Position numbers and translations under genes: made by a program | Notes under the pieces: generated by a model | Seen by the model: the letters and a program-made list of their open reading frames with translations, nothing else | Database searches by the model: none | Told to the model about the DNA's origin: nothing | Source of the DNA: Flaccisagitta enflata | Lineage: Eukaryota | Direction: 5' to 3' | Assembly (NCBI GenBank): GCA_965153355.1 | Contig: OZ231126.1 | Span: 36,642,001-36,706,000 of the forward strand | Length of the DNA: 64,000 nt | Shown here: in pieces, positions 1 through 10,431 of the stretch | Position numbering within the stretch: the stretch's first letter is position 1 | Layout: the number at the start of each line of letters is the position of its first letter

Positions 1-324
1 TCAAAGGCAATGTTGTTAAAAACCATACCATTAGAGGCAAGAATCGAGAATCAACCATATGGGATCGCCGGCATTCTATACCATGGTACTGAAATATATG
101 AAAGTTGGACAACATCACTACTCAACCCCACTTTACTTAAGGATGAGAGCCTTTGGAGCTCTCACTGGTGTTTAATCCGGACCCATCACAACTATCCTTA
201 GTAGTCAAAATAACAAAGTTTATCTTAGCATTATCATGAAATAATTTAAAACAACAATCCAACCAGAAAGAAAAGATCCATAATTTTAACCTGTTTGATA
301 CAAGTGCCATTGACAAGAAAGAGT
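1..324 (+). repeat. Partial copy of the ~573-bp satellite unit (runs off the window start)
   Basis: Near-identical to 38074-38400 (TCAAAGGCAATGTTGTTAAAAACCATACC...GACAAGAAAGAGT); the ORF track gives almost the same 63-aa peptide at 10 and 38083. Confidence 0.9.
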
Positions 325-360
325 ACCACAATATAAACTTTTACCACAATATAAACTTTT

Positions 361-985
361 ATATAAAAATAAAAATTTTTATCAATGTTTAATCTAATTA
401 TAATGCAATGTTTAAAAAATTATTTATTACCAAAAGTGTTAAGTGTGACATATCAAATTTCTCAGAATTTCATCAGAATTATGAATCTGCAGGTCTCATT
501 CTATTTTGTGAAAGTTGGATTTTTGCCAACTTTGTAACTTAACAGCCGGCTGTAATTTCAACAACCAGCTGTTATTTACAGCATTCTGTTCAATATCAGT
601 GGGTTTGATCAAAATCAACGGAGTGATATATATTCCTATTGTGTTTTGTCCGCTGACTGTCAAAATAAGAGAAAAAACAATCAATTTTAGATTTTTTTCA
701 AATGGCGCCACAAGAAAGATTTTTTTGAAGCTGGACTTTATATTGTAGAAGAACTGTCATTCAGCCCATCTTTTCATGAAAAGCAATCAAAGTGCAAAAT
801 TTGACTTGAAATAGGGATATTCATTGCATATATCTGTTTAAAAGTCAGTGAAAATGGCTCATTGTGTTGTGTTTTTTCATCATTTTACTTAATATTTCTA
901 TGCAAATCTTTTCTGAAGAGTGTGACTCTAAGTAAAAAAAGAGGGGGCGCTTATTGGAGGGGGGCGCTTTATGGAAAAAATACGG
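361..985. mobile_element. Probable right part of a Tc1/mariner-type non-autonomous element
   Basis: Ends GGGGGCGCTTATTGGAGGGGGGCGCTTTATGGAAAAAATACGG followed by TA, a TACCGTA-type terminus; left TIR not seen. Confidence 0.45.
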
Positions 986-1376
986 TAATACTGAACCACC
1001 TGGCGGTAGTTTGAACGGATGGTGCCCGTGACTGCCCGTGTCTTACAAGACATCGGGCTTTTGGGGCCGCTGGCCTGTTCTCACTCCACTCCTTAGACGA
1101 CTAGTTTTTATATCAAAAGCTTTGTCCCTTGTAACCATTTCCTTTTGGATGCATCCTTGCATATCTTGCATACCTATCAACATATGTTGGTTCCTTGGTC
1201 GGTCAATATGACTTTGAAAAACGGGTGATATCACTTTTGATAGTAACATTCCTCGTTCTTGATACCTTTAAAGCCCTCCTACATTCATTCATTAATTCAT
1301 TTTTTTATTTATTACAGCCAAGTAAAGGAAATCTGCCCAAAACAGATAAGATCTTTGACATATCCTTGGCATAGTA

Positions 1377-1676
1377 TACTTTTTATTTTTAGTCGCGTGC
1401 TACGCGACTCTACACCCCGCTTTGTCCGTCCATTGGTCGGTTGGTCCCCATTTTACTTTTTTTATATTTTTGTAGTCTTTGGCTTCACTGCACTTGCCAA
1501 AACGCTCTAGAAACTCAAATACTGCCCCTGCCCACCCACACGCGACTAGGGTAGCCGTGTATCCGGCCTTGTTTATAAGAACATCATTTTTTGACCAAAG
1601 CCTTCGCAAGAGATAGCTACTAATAAAATAACTACGCTGTTCTTATAAACTAGGTTCTTATAAAAAATAAAGAGTG
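1377..1676. mobile_element. TA-flanked MITE ('TAAGAAC' family) interrupted by a family-A element
   Basis: Right TIR GTTCTTATAAAAAATAAAGAGTG|TA; left TIR TA|TACTTTTTATTTT...TATAAGAAC is split by the 1386-1572 insertion. Confidence 0.7.
1386..1572 (+). mobile_element. Helentron/DINE-1-like non-autonomous element, family A1
   Basis: TTTTTAGTCGCGTGCTACGCGACT 5' IR, GTCC/GTCG microsatellite, 3' CACGCGACT, hairpin GCCGTGTATCCGGC, end CTTGTT. Confidence 0.85.
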
Positions 1677-2776
1677 TATGAACCACTCTGATGTAACACT
1701 GTCTGGTAGGGGCGTCTTTCGGCCTTGCTACAGTCATATTCATGAAAATAATCGCCGTAACGAAATCTGCATTTCATCAGCCAATAATGAAAAAAAAAAA
1801 CTTTCAGAAAAAAAAATCATGAATTCGAACAACTCATTAAATGGAGCCTATTAGTGTTTAGTCTCCTTAGCTAGGGCAATAAACGAATTAGGTCAATGAC
1901 AGGTGGCCTATTACTTTTTCTTTGGTCCTTGAGTCGGGTTAGCCCAAACATTTGCCTACCTGGAGGACAGTCGGTCAGATAGTTTTACCTTGATTACGAC
2001 GATAATTACACCTAGCCGCGGTTGTTTCGTAATCATTTAGTAATGCAGACCGGTAATCGGTGAAAACAAGAAAAAAGTCAGGGGCGCTAGCGGCGTTGGG
2101 CTGAGAAAGGACAAGTGGGGGTGGGTGTAGTATGGGTTGACGAAAAAAGCTTTGGAGACGGGGGGGGGGGCGCAGCGTAAGGTTGCTAAATTTGGGCGAT
2201 GACTGACTCTCGGCGGCGAGTTGTTGAGTGACGGCTGGCGGCAGTTGACGGTCTACCGGCGGACTGCCTGAGGCCATTTGACTCTTTGGAATTATCGAGC
2301 AGTTAAGTTTTTGTTCACTCTTTAACATCGAGAACAAGGACGACCAGCGGAAAAAAAAATCGTACCCATGCGTCCACTATGGTTTCCCATCTTTTTTGGA
2401 CATTATCAAAGACTTTGCATGTAGTCTCCCCAACTCTATGCGTACCAATGACAAGCGGGACAATATCTATCACTATACCTATACTAAAAATTGTGGAAGA
2501 GGGTCTTGTGAGCCCTTACTGGCTAGTTACTAGTAGCGATAACCAACAAGCCCCTTTGGCATTTCACGTGGTACGATGCGATAGCCTGATACTGAGAAAC
2601 AAAGAGTATTACCTAGTAACCATGTTTCTTTGTTGCAGCTTTTAGAAGCAGATTCATCGCAAAGGACTGGTGCGAGACTAATCATAAGTCTTTCTAATTA
2701 TGAATAAAATGGTTTACTTATACTAACCAAAAGCTATCTATTAAAGCTTTCTATTAAAGCCAGTGTTTGTAAATTC

Positions 2777-3513
2777 AACAAGTCATTCAAGGATCGCACA
2801 TGGTCAGCGGTACCCGATGCCCTACTTGAAGTGATTAACTGCAGAAGTGGAGTAAGAGCAGGGCAGCGGCTTTAAAAGGCCGATGTCCTGTAGGACACAG
2901 GGGTGAATTTTCAGACGTCCTGAGAAGGCATACTTTAGGCCTTTGAGGCTACTTTCCTTCTTATTCAACGAGAACATTGAATTTTTAGTCGCGTGCTACG
3001 CGACTCTACAACCCGCTTTGTCGGTCCGTCCGTCGGTCCGTCCGTCCGTCCGTCACACTTTACTTTTTTTGGGTTTTTGGGATTTTTGGCTTCACTGCTC
3101 CTGCCCAAATGATCTGGTGACCTCAATTACAGCCCCTGCCCACCCGCACGCGACTGGGGTAGCCGTGTATCCGGCCTTGTTGTCTATTTCATTGTTAATT
3201 TTCTATGTTATTCAATCTGAATTTTGCATTTATTTTTAAATTTTGGCAATTTTCCATGTTATTCAATAGGGATTTCCCATATCTTAAAACTTCATGTTTT
3301 TTTCATTTCTTTATCAGTTTTCCATGTTATTCAATGGGGATTTTGCATTTCTTCAATTATCCATGTTATTCAATAGGAACATGAGGCTCAGAAGCTGTGG
3401 CGGAGGGGGGACGGATAGACGTATGAATGTACAGACGGATGTATGGACGGAGGTCTGGAAATTCAACCCTGTTTCCTACAGAACATCGGCCCTTTAGGGC
3501 CGCTGCCCAAAAA
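2777..3513 (-). mobile_element. Helentron-like element, family B, with a nested family-A copy
   Basis: AACAAGTCA...GGTCAGCGGTACCC tail; IR GGGCAGCGG..GATGTCCTGTAGGACACAGGGG versus ...ACATCGGCCCTTTAGGGCCGCTGCCCAAAAA; internal TTCCATGTTATTCAATAGG repeats. Confidence 0.8.
2982..3181 (+). mobile_element. Family A1 element nested in a family B copy
   Basis: Complete A1 structure from TTTTTAGTCGCGTGCTACGCGACT to GCCGTGTATCCGGCCTTGTT. Confidence 0.85.
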
Positions 3514-3976
3514 GGATGTTCCTTTCCCTTAAGAAAAGCGTGGGGAAAATTGGTAATTGGTAAAATGAAAATTGGTAATAAGATAACTGTAGAATTTGCG
3601 TAATTCTTGAAGCGAATGGCGAATTAAGAGAAGACTCCTTGACCTGGCGCCTGAATGACTGTCAAGAATATATCATTTTCCACCAAGCACTCCTTTGTCA
3701 TCCTTCAACTAAAAACGCTATAATTGAAATTATGGCTATTGCCGAACTCTCTCGAATCTTCTGAAGGTGGATTTGTACATCCTGGTTGCTCCTTCTTGTA
3801 TTAAACTTGTTTGGTATTCTTTTTTCTTTTTTAATTATTTTTTGTTTGTTCTTGTTTTCGATTTGACGAGTAACCGCGTTTTGGTACACGTGTTTACTTG
3901 TCGGCTCAATTTGGTTCTCTCTCAGTCTATGACCGATGGAAACTGATTGGAGCCACTATGGTCTGAGTTAGAAATA

Positions 3977-4140
<164 letters not shown>

Positions 4141-4278
4141 GACTGAGTGACAAATAGACAAGGGAAATAATAAAAGTGAAAAGAAATGAGTAAGGGATAG
4201 GACAAGGACAGAAAGGCGGTAAGAACGGATTCTCATATTTGGTAATTGTAGATTCTCTCAATTAATCGCATTGACAAG

Positions 4279-4879
4279 CTTTTTTTTTTCTAAACGACTC
4301 TACGCCCCGCTTGTTCGTCCGTCTGTCCATCCGTTGGCTGGTCGGTCTTTTGGTCCATTACACTTTTTCTGTTTTTATCAATTTTTTTTCTTTAAGTCAT
4401 TTAAGAGTATACTGACTGACTGACTGAGTCATTATAAGTCAATCTGTAAATCCCGCACGCGACATATACACTATGACCCAGATCAGCCCAGCTAAAGAAA
4501 ATTCCCATACCCAGCCTCTAACCACCCAGCAACCACCCCAAAAGGCTCAAACCGCCTTCACTATGACCCAGATCAGCCCATCTAATAAAAATTCCCATAC
4601 CCAGCCTGTAACCACCCAGCAACCACCCCAAAAGGCTCAAACCGCCTTAACTATGACCCAGATCAGCCCTGCTAAAGAAAATTGCCATACCCAGCCTCTA
4701 ACCACCCAGCAACCACCCCAAAAAGCTCAAACCGCCTTCACTATGACCCAGAACAGCCCAGCTAAAGAAAATTCCCATACCCAGCCTCTAACCGCCCAGC
4801 AACCACCCCAAAAGGCTCAAACCGCCTTCACTATGACCCAGATCAGCCCAGCTAAAAAAATATAGGTGTTGGCCTTGTT
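4279..4879 (+). mobile_element. Family A element (AAGTCATT subfamily) carrying an inserted 90-bp array
   Basis: Degenerate 5' end, GTCC tract, AAGTCA repeats, CGCACGCGAC...TATAGGTGTTGGCCTTGTT end as at 23161-23190 and 54330-54361. Confidence 0.75.
4469..4860 (+). repeat. 90-bp minisatellite, about 4.4 units
   Basis: Unit CACTATGACCCAGATCAGCCCAGCTAAAGAAAATTCCCATACCCAGCC...CAAACCGCCTT recurs at 90-bp spacing. Confidence 0.95.
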
Positions 4880-4944
4880 TTTTCTTGCGCCAATTTGTTT
4901 TTCTTTACTTTGTCAAAGAGTAAAGAATTATACATTAATATATT

Positions 4945-5135
4945 AAGGCCGGATACACGGCAAATAAGAAGTCGCTCGCGAATGGACAGTGGCAGTATGA
5001 GGCAGGGCGGGGCTGTTAGGTTGCTCAAAAATAACTATTACAGTCGATTTCCAAAATTTCGCCTCAAACCAACAAATCTTCCTACCTTCCTACCTATTCA
5101 CCCTCTTATGGAGTCGCTCAGCAGGCGACTAAAAA
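4945..5135 (-). mobile_element. Family A element (diverged)
   Basis: AAGGCCGGATACACGGC hairpin end and AGTCGCTCAGCAGGCGACTAAAAA terminus in reverse orientation. Confidence 0.7.
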
Positions 5136-5390
5136 TGTCGTGGCAATCCATTTATCTGTCTTTGTAACTGCACCAAAACATAAATTCATGTTGACTGCAG
5201 ATTAGCCATAGCTTGACCCGGAAACCAGGCATTCAAAACTAGGTTCTATTTTTAGAAAATCCTCCAACTGAAATAAAAGGAACACAAAACTATTGGTTCA
5301 TACCAATGTGAAGAAGTGAGAAACCTCAAAAGATGTATGGTGAAGCCCAATTCTAAGGGACGTCAGATCGAGTTTGAATAATTTTGCACA

Positions 5391-5583
5391 TTTTTTTAGT
5401 CCCCTTCCATATGACTCTACACCCCGCTTTGTCCGTCGGTTGGTTGGTTGGTCGGTTGTATTTTGTTTTTTTTTGTTTCATACTCTTTGACCTCTCTGCT
5501 CCTGCCCAAATGCTCTAGTGACCTCAGATATGGCCCCTGCCCACCTGCACGCAACTGAGGTAGTTATGTACCCGTCCTTGTTT
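5391..5583 (+). mobile_element. Family A1 element (diverged)
   Basis: TTTTAGTC..GACTCTACACCCCGCTTTGTCCGTCGG...CCCCTGCCCACCTGCACGCAACT...CCTTGTT. Confidence 0.75.
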
Positions 5584-6315
5584 TCTTTTTTACTATATTT
5601 TATATTTGATATTTTATGTTCCCTTTTTAGTTGCGGGCATTCAACCCTTTACATTGCGTTGTCCATTTATAGGTCTCTCCATTAATATGTTCCGTTTTAA
5701 GCGCAAGTCAAAAACAGATTTCCACCGCTGCCCCATATTATACTTGTTTATATTTTTCTTTTTTTTTTTCATTATTTCATAAAGCAAGTAAGCAGCGTTG
5801 GTAAACGTCCCTTATCGTACACCCATGAAACTGACCATATATTTTTCAGCGTCGTTATTGCCACTTCTGTAGCGTATAAGTCGCAAATGAAAGAGAAAAA
5901 AAAACAAACTTTTTTTTGTAATTAATTTGATTTTTGTTCTGATATTTATCCGTTTTAAAGGCCGATATTTTTTTTCCTTTTGTTTTATTTTTGAGGTTGT
6001 TGTTGTAAATGAGGCTGGTTTTGATTTTAAATGCGTTTTCGGGACGCTGATATTCTCATTTCGGCGATTTTCGCTGTTAGCGTGCGGAGAGCACCGTCTG
6101 CGTCCCTCAACCGCCGTCGGTCCTTCCTCGCAATTTATTCATTAATTATTATTTAATTCAATAATTGACCACTACTTGTTTTCTACTCTGTGGTCTTCCA
6201 ACTTGGAAAATTGTACATTTGGATATATACTTGGAATCAGTATATACTTGGAATTAGTCAATGTTTATTTATTTCCTCGGGTATGTACAATAATAACCTT
6301 TTGATTGAATGTGTG

Positions 6316-6367
6316 AATGAATGAATGAATGAATGAATGAATGAATGAATGAATGAATGAATGAATG
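6316..6367. repeat. (GAAT)n microsatellite
   Basis: Direct inspection. Confidence 0.95.
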
Positions 6368-6398
6368 ATTGGATGAACGAATTGATGAATGAGTAAAA

Positions 6399-6590
6399 AA
6401 CGAACACGCCTACCCCAGTCGCGTGCGGGTGGGCAGGGACGATATTTGACGTTACCGGACCATATGGACAGAGGCAGTGAGATAAAAGAATAAAGATCAT
6501 GAAAAAGGAAAATGTGATGAACTAACAGACAGACCGACGGACGGATAGACGGACCAAGCGCGGTGTAGAGTCGCATAGTCGCGACTTAGA
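6399..6590 (-). mobile_element. Family A1 element
   Basis: AGTCGCGTGCGGGTGGGCAGGG ... GACGGACGG ... GTAGAGTCGCATAGTCGCGACT. Confidence 0.75.
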
Positions 6591-7156
6591 ATGTGTCAAA
6601 TAAGCTTCAATACATTTTTGATCAACTTTTATTATTTTTCGCCTTATTTGCATTGTCTAATTGAAACTAGGCTTCCAAATCTAAAAGAGTTGAAAGATTT
6701 GCAACCGAGTACACTTTTATGAATTGGCTTTTAGGAATTTTAGGAACCCCAATGTCACCTATGTCCAATCACAATATCCCCCGCCAAAATTTATCTATGA
6801 GTCTATAAAAACAATGTAATGATTTTGAGAATGCTCTTTTGTCGCCTGCCGTTGCCTGCCGTCGGTTCAAGTCTGCCATCTATGCAACTGACGATATCGC
6901 GAAAACAGAAAACAAAACAAAAGACATCAAGACGACGTTGCTCGGCCCGGCCGGTTACACAGGAATCATCAAGAAAAATCCCATATCGAATTTCTATTTC
7001 CTCTTGATGCGATTCACCATGCATAGAGGTCGAGGTGCCCTGATGTTAAAGACTGATCTTGATCATCATTCTTTGACCAAATGTTGGTCACGGTACCAAT
7101 CGTTTTACGTTTCAAACTTCAAGTAACTAAGTGCAATACTTTCTGATCCATGATAA

Positions 7157-7272
7157 TTTTTAGGTGCGACAAAGCACTTCTATGTGTCTGTCGGTTGGTC
7201 GGTCTGTTGGTCGGGTGACGCATTCGTTCAACGATTCACATGTCGCACCTTATTGGCCTACTTGGCCTTGTT
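7157..7272 (+). mobile_element. Family A3 element (AGGTGCGAC IR variant)
   Basis: TTTTTAGGTGCGACAAAGCACTT ... TGTCGCACCT, hairpin GGCCTACTTGGCC, end TTGTT. Confidence 0.8.
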
Positions 7273-7281
7273 CTTATCATG

Positions 7282-7397
7282 AACAAGGCCAAGTAGGCCT
7301 AAAAGGTGCGACGTGTGGATTGTTGAAGGAATGCGTTACCCAACCGACCAACAGATGGACACAGCCACTTAAAAAAGTGCTTTGTCGCACCTAAAAA
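7282..7397 (-). mobile_element. Family A3 element, tail-to-tail with the previous copy
   Basis: AACAAGGCCAAGTAGGCC..AGGTGCGAC ... AAGTGCTTTGTCGCACCTAAAAA. Confidence 0.8.
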
Positions 7398-7515
7398 GCT
7401 CTTAGGCGACCCACTTTTTTTCACTTTCCCATTTCAATTAATTCAACTGCCTCTGCGATTTACTCAGAGACAAGATGAGAATTTGCAAAGAAGAAGGGAA
7501 AAGATACAGAGAGAA

Positions 7516-7704
7516 AACAAGTGACGCTGAGTCGCAATATTGTTGCGGACAGATGGGCAGGGGCAGCCAACGCCCCACTTAACCCCCCTCCCAACACAGA
7601 CACATACACAAAAAGCTTCTAAAACGCTCGTTTTCCCACTTCATAAATCGTGCTCAAGGATGGACGGACAAAGCTTCTTATAGTTACATGTCCGCAACTA
7701 AAAA
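7516..7704 (-). mobile_element. Family A2 element (AGTTGCGGAC IR variant)
   Basis: AACAAGTGACGCTGAGTCGCAATATTGTTGCGGAC ... GTCCGCAACTAAAAA; homologous to 56519-56757 and 20666-20894. Confidence 0.75.
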
Positions 7705-7934
7705 GGAAGTATTTGTCGCGCGAGCGAATTTGAAATAACGGCGATCTAATAACATGTTGATGAGACTCCGTGATACTTGGGCAATCAGAGAAATCAAAAC
7801 CATCACATTAAGCATTGATTTTTACTGGCAATTCAAGAAAATGTGCACAGTACAAGAATAATGATAAGAGACTTTCATTCATTGATTTTCATTGATCTAT
7901 GGCCATAATTCATCAGAACATATTTTGACTTGAA

Positions 7935-8160
7935 ACTTGTATATAGTTGAGTATTCCCCCCCCCCCTCCGTGAGGAAAAAAAATGAACGCTAGAAAAGAT
8001 AAATTTAAACAATCGATATACTTTGACTGCTTTGTGGGGAAAAAATCAGACACTTTGTAATGCGACGAGTCATGGGGAAGAAAATCAAAGGCGGGGGTGG
8101 GGGGGTGGGGGGGGGTGGGATGGGAAGAAATCAGAAGCCACTCGACTATGTACACTTCTG
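7935..8160. mobile_element. Degenerate copy of the hAT-like MITE at 48823-49115 (opposite orientation)
   Basis: TGTATATAGTTGAGTATTCCCCCC ... GGGAAGAAAATCAAAGGCGGGGG ... CTCGACTATGTACACTTCTG. Confidence 0.55.
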
Positions 8161-8215
8161 GTTTTGAGCGAATAATGATTTGGAAGACTACAAAATTGGA
8201 ACACTTACACTCTTA

Positions 8216-8387
8216 CAGTTGAGCCCCGCTCTTACAGACTCGCCACCAATAGAATTCCGCTTATAACAGATGTCAAAATCCCTTCAAATCAATTTCTTTT
8301 ACTTCCTTTGTTTAGCATTACAAAAGTCCCCCTTTAACAATAAAAAATTGTTGGTCCTCTTAAATCCGTCAGAGCGGGCTTCAACTG
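8216..8387. mobile_element. 172-bp Tc1/mariner (pogo/Tigger-like) MITE
   Basis: TIRs CAGTTGAGCCCCGCTCT / AGAGCGGGCTTCAACTG with TA on both sides; a related end occurs at ~15970-15988. Confidence 0.8.
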
Positions 8388-8468
8388 TAATCACTTTACA
8401 ATCATTTTTCCTCAGTTGAGTAATTTAAGGTGCGACCAAAGCGCAATAAGTGACGCGGGGTCACAATA

Positions 8469-8552
8469 CACTTTTTTTTATAAGAACCTAGTTTATAAGA
8501 ACATCAAGGCTTCGAATCGCCCCAAAATTAAGAACATCTTAAGAACATTTGA
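8469..8552. mobile_element. Left end of a TAAGAAC-family MITE
   Basis: TA|CACTTTTTTTTTATAAGAACCTAGTTTATAAGAAC, the reverse complement of the ends near 1676 and 12889. Confidence 0.6.
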
Positions 8553-8706
8553 AATCTTTTGCATATCCTCGTAGAATGCTGATCAATTGATGATTGTGAA
8601 ATGGAACAGTTGAGCCTGAGGCGCAGATGATGCGTCGAACCCCCGGTTCATGGGTGCACCTGTTGATGGATGTAATTATATTAGATGATTTAACTAAACA
8701 TTACTA

Positions 8707-8847
8707 TTTTTAGATGCGTCATCGCATCTCTATAAGAGGGTTTGTCCGTCCGTCCGTCTGTCAGTCCGTCGGTCTGTATGTCTGTTAAGCTCCTCTAATA
8801 TCGCGCTGAATGACGCATCGAGTTGCCTGCCTGGGCTTGCGCTTGTT
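8707..8847 (+). mobile_element. Family A4 element (AGATGCGTC IR variant)
   Basis: TTTTTAGATGCGTCATCGCATCTCTATAAG, CCGT tract, ATGACGCATC, GCCTGCCTGGGC hairpin, CTTGTT. Confidence 0.75.
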
Positions 8848-8896
8848 AAATAGTTGGTCGCGATGACTCGCAATGTTGGGATCATGTTGCGTTCGT

Positions 8897-8978
<82 letters not shown>

Positions 8979-9071
8979 AGACAGACACACAGCAATACGA
9001 ACGAACACACGAAGTCACAAGCACACACACATACACACACACGAACACGCACGTGAATCACGAACATACAC

Positions 9072-9864
9072 CACGGTGTCCAGGAACAAACCCTAGGTCT
9101 AAAAAAATGGTCAAGACTCCTGACCTGGGGAAATGTCTTTTTTGATGCATTAGCTACAAATTAATGGTAAAAATAAAAAAATCTGCTTAGAAATATAGAA
9201 TTGATGGTCATATAATGATCAAAAAAGGCATTTTTAATCATATTTTAGATTAAAAATTGTATTCATGGCTTCTAAAAGTATGTAGAAATGTATGAAAAGT
9301 TTGGCTACAGTAGTTGCACTAATGCATTTAACTACTTCAGTTTGCTTAGAGTGATTTTCCAATATTCAAAACAAAAAAATGCCAAAAACCTTTATAAAAT
9401 GACTATTTTTTGTTATTTTTTACTATTTCTAAGCTCTAATCTATCAAATATTTTTTTAAACTAACTGGATTATATTCCAGTATGTGTATCCAAACAATAT
9501 TTATGCACTATTCATAGTCTTCAAGAATTTTAAAGAAGTAATTATGAAAATAAGCTGAAAAAAAATCAATTTTTTATCTATAAAATATCCTCTAAACTTA
9601 ACAAATAGGTAAAAGCATTATTACAGCAACTATTGCCACACTTTTCAGATATTTTTCAAACAGCTTGAAGCTACAATCCTAGTTTCTGATATTAGAAATA
9701 CATAAAAATGCTTCATTCTTGCTATTTTTAAGCTTTGAATTCTATATTTAAAAAAAAAATTATATTTTTACCATAAATTGATAGCAAATGCATCAAAAAA
9801 GACTTTCTCAGGTCAGGAGTCTTGACCATTTTTTTCGACCTATGGTTTGTTCCTGGACGCCGTG
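9072..9864. mobile_element. 793-bp long-TIR MITE with CMC/Chapaev-like termini
   Basis: TIRs over 100 bp (CACGGTGTCCAGGAACAAACC...GGTTTGTTCCTGGACGCCGTG); ACAC on both sides, a possible 4-bp TSD but in AC-rich context. Confidence 0.85.
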
Positions 9865-10204
9865 ACACACAAACATACCTTGCTGCCACTGAATCTTCGG
9901 TTCCAGCGGTTTCTCAGATTATCGTGTAATTTTCAATGCTGTAGGGAGTATTCTCGCCCAAACGCCAGTTGACCCACTTTTCTCAAAGACGCTATGAAAG
10001 GCCGCTCCATGATCCAGGAAATTCCACATGAGTCATGAATGTAATTGAATTCAATCATGGCATAATTCTAATATAGTAGTACGGAGACCTGTGCTTTTGC
10101 ATGAGGTCTTATTAATCTTTTAAAAGATAACTCACGTTCCTTTGGCCTCAAAAATGGCCCCTGCCCACCCCCACGCGATTGGGGTAGCTGTGTATCCGGC
10201 CTTG

Positions 10205-10430
10205 TTTTAGTTACGAACACGCAACTTAATAGGAGGCTTGGTCCGTCCATCCGTTGGTCCGTCAGAACTTTGGTCAGAACTTTGGTCCCTCTGTCCATTG
10301 GTCCGGGGCCATTGAGTTGAAAATTGGAGAAAAAAAATGTTATAGATACTTTTAGAAAATGTTTGTGTGTGTGAGATGAGGGTTAAATGTCCTTGCCCTT
10401 CCGTATGCAATGATATTGTGACCACTTGTA
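10205..10430 (+). mobile_element. Family A2 element (diverged)
   Basis: TTTTAGTTACGAACACGCAACT, GTCC tract, GATATTGTGACCACTTGT end. Confidence 0.6.
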
Positions 10431-10431
10431 T

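Noticed and set aside
4473..4865. 130-aa mucin-like ORF as a host gene exon
   Set aside because: It coincides with the 90-bp array inside a transposon end and no splice context was seen; kept only as a possible origin of the array
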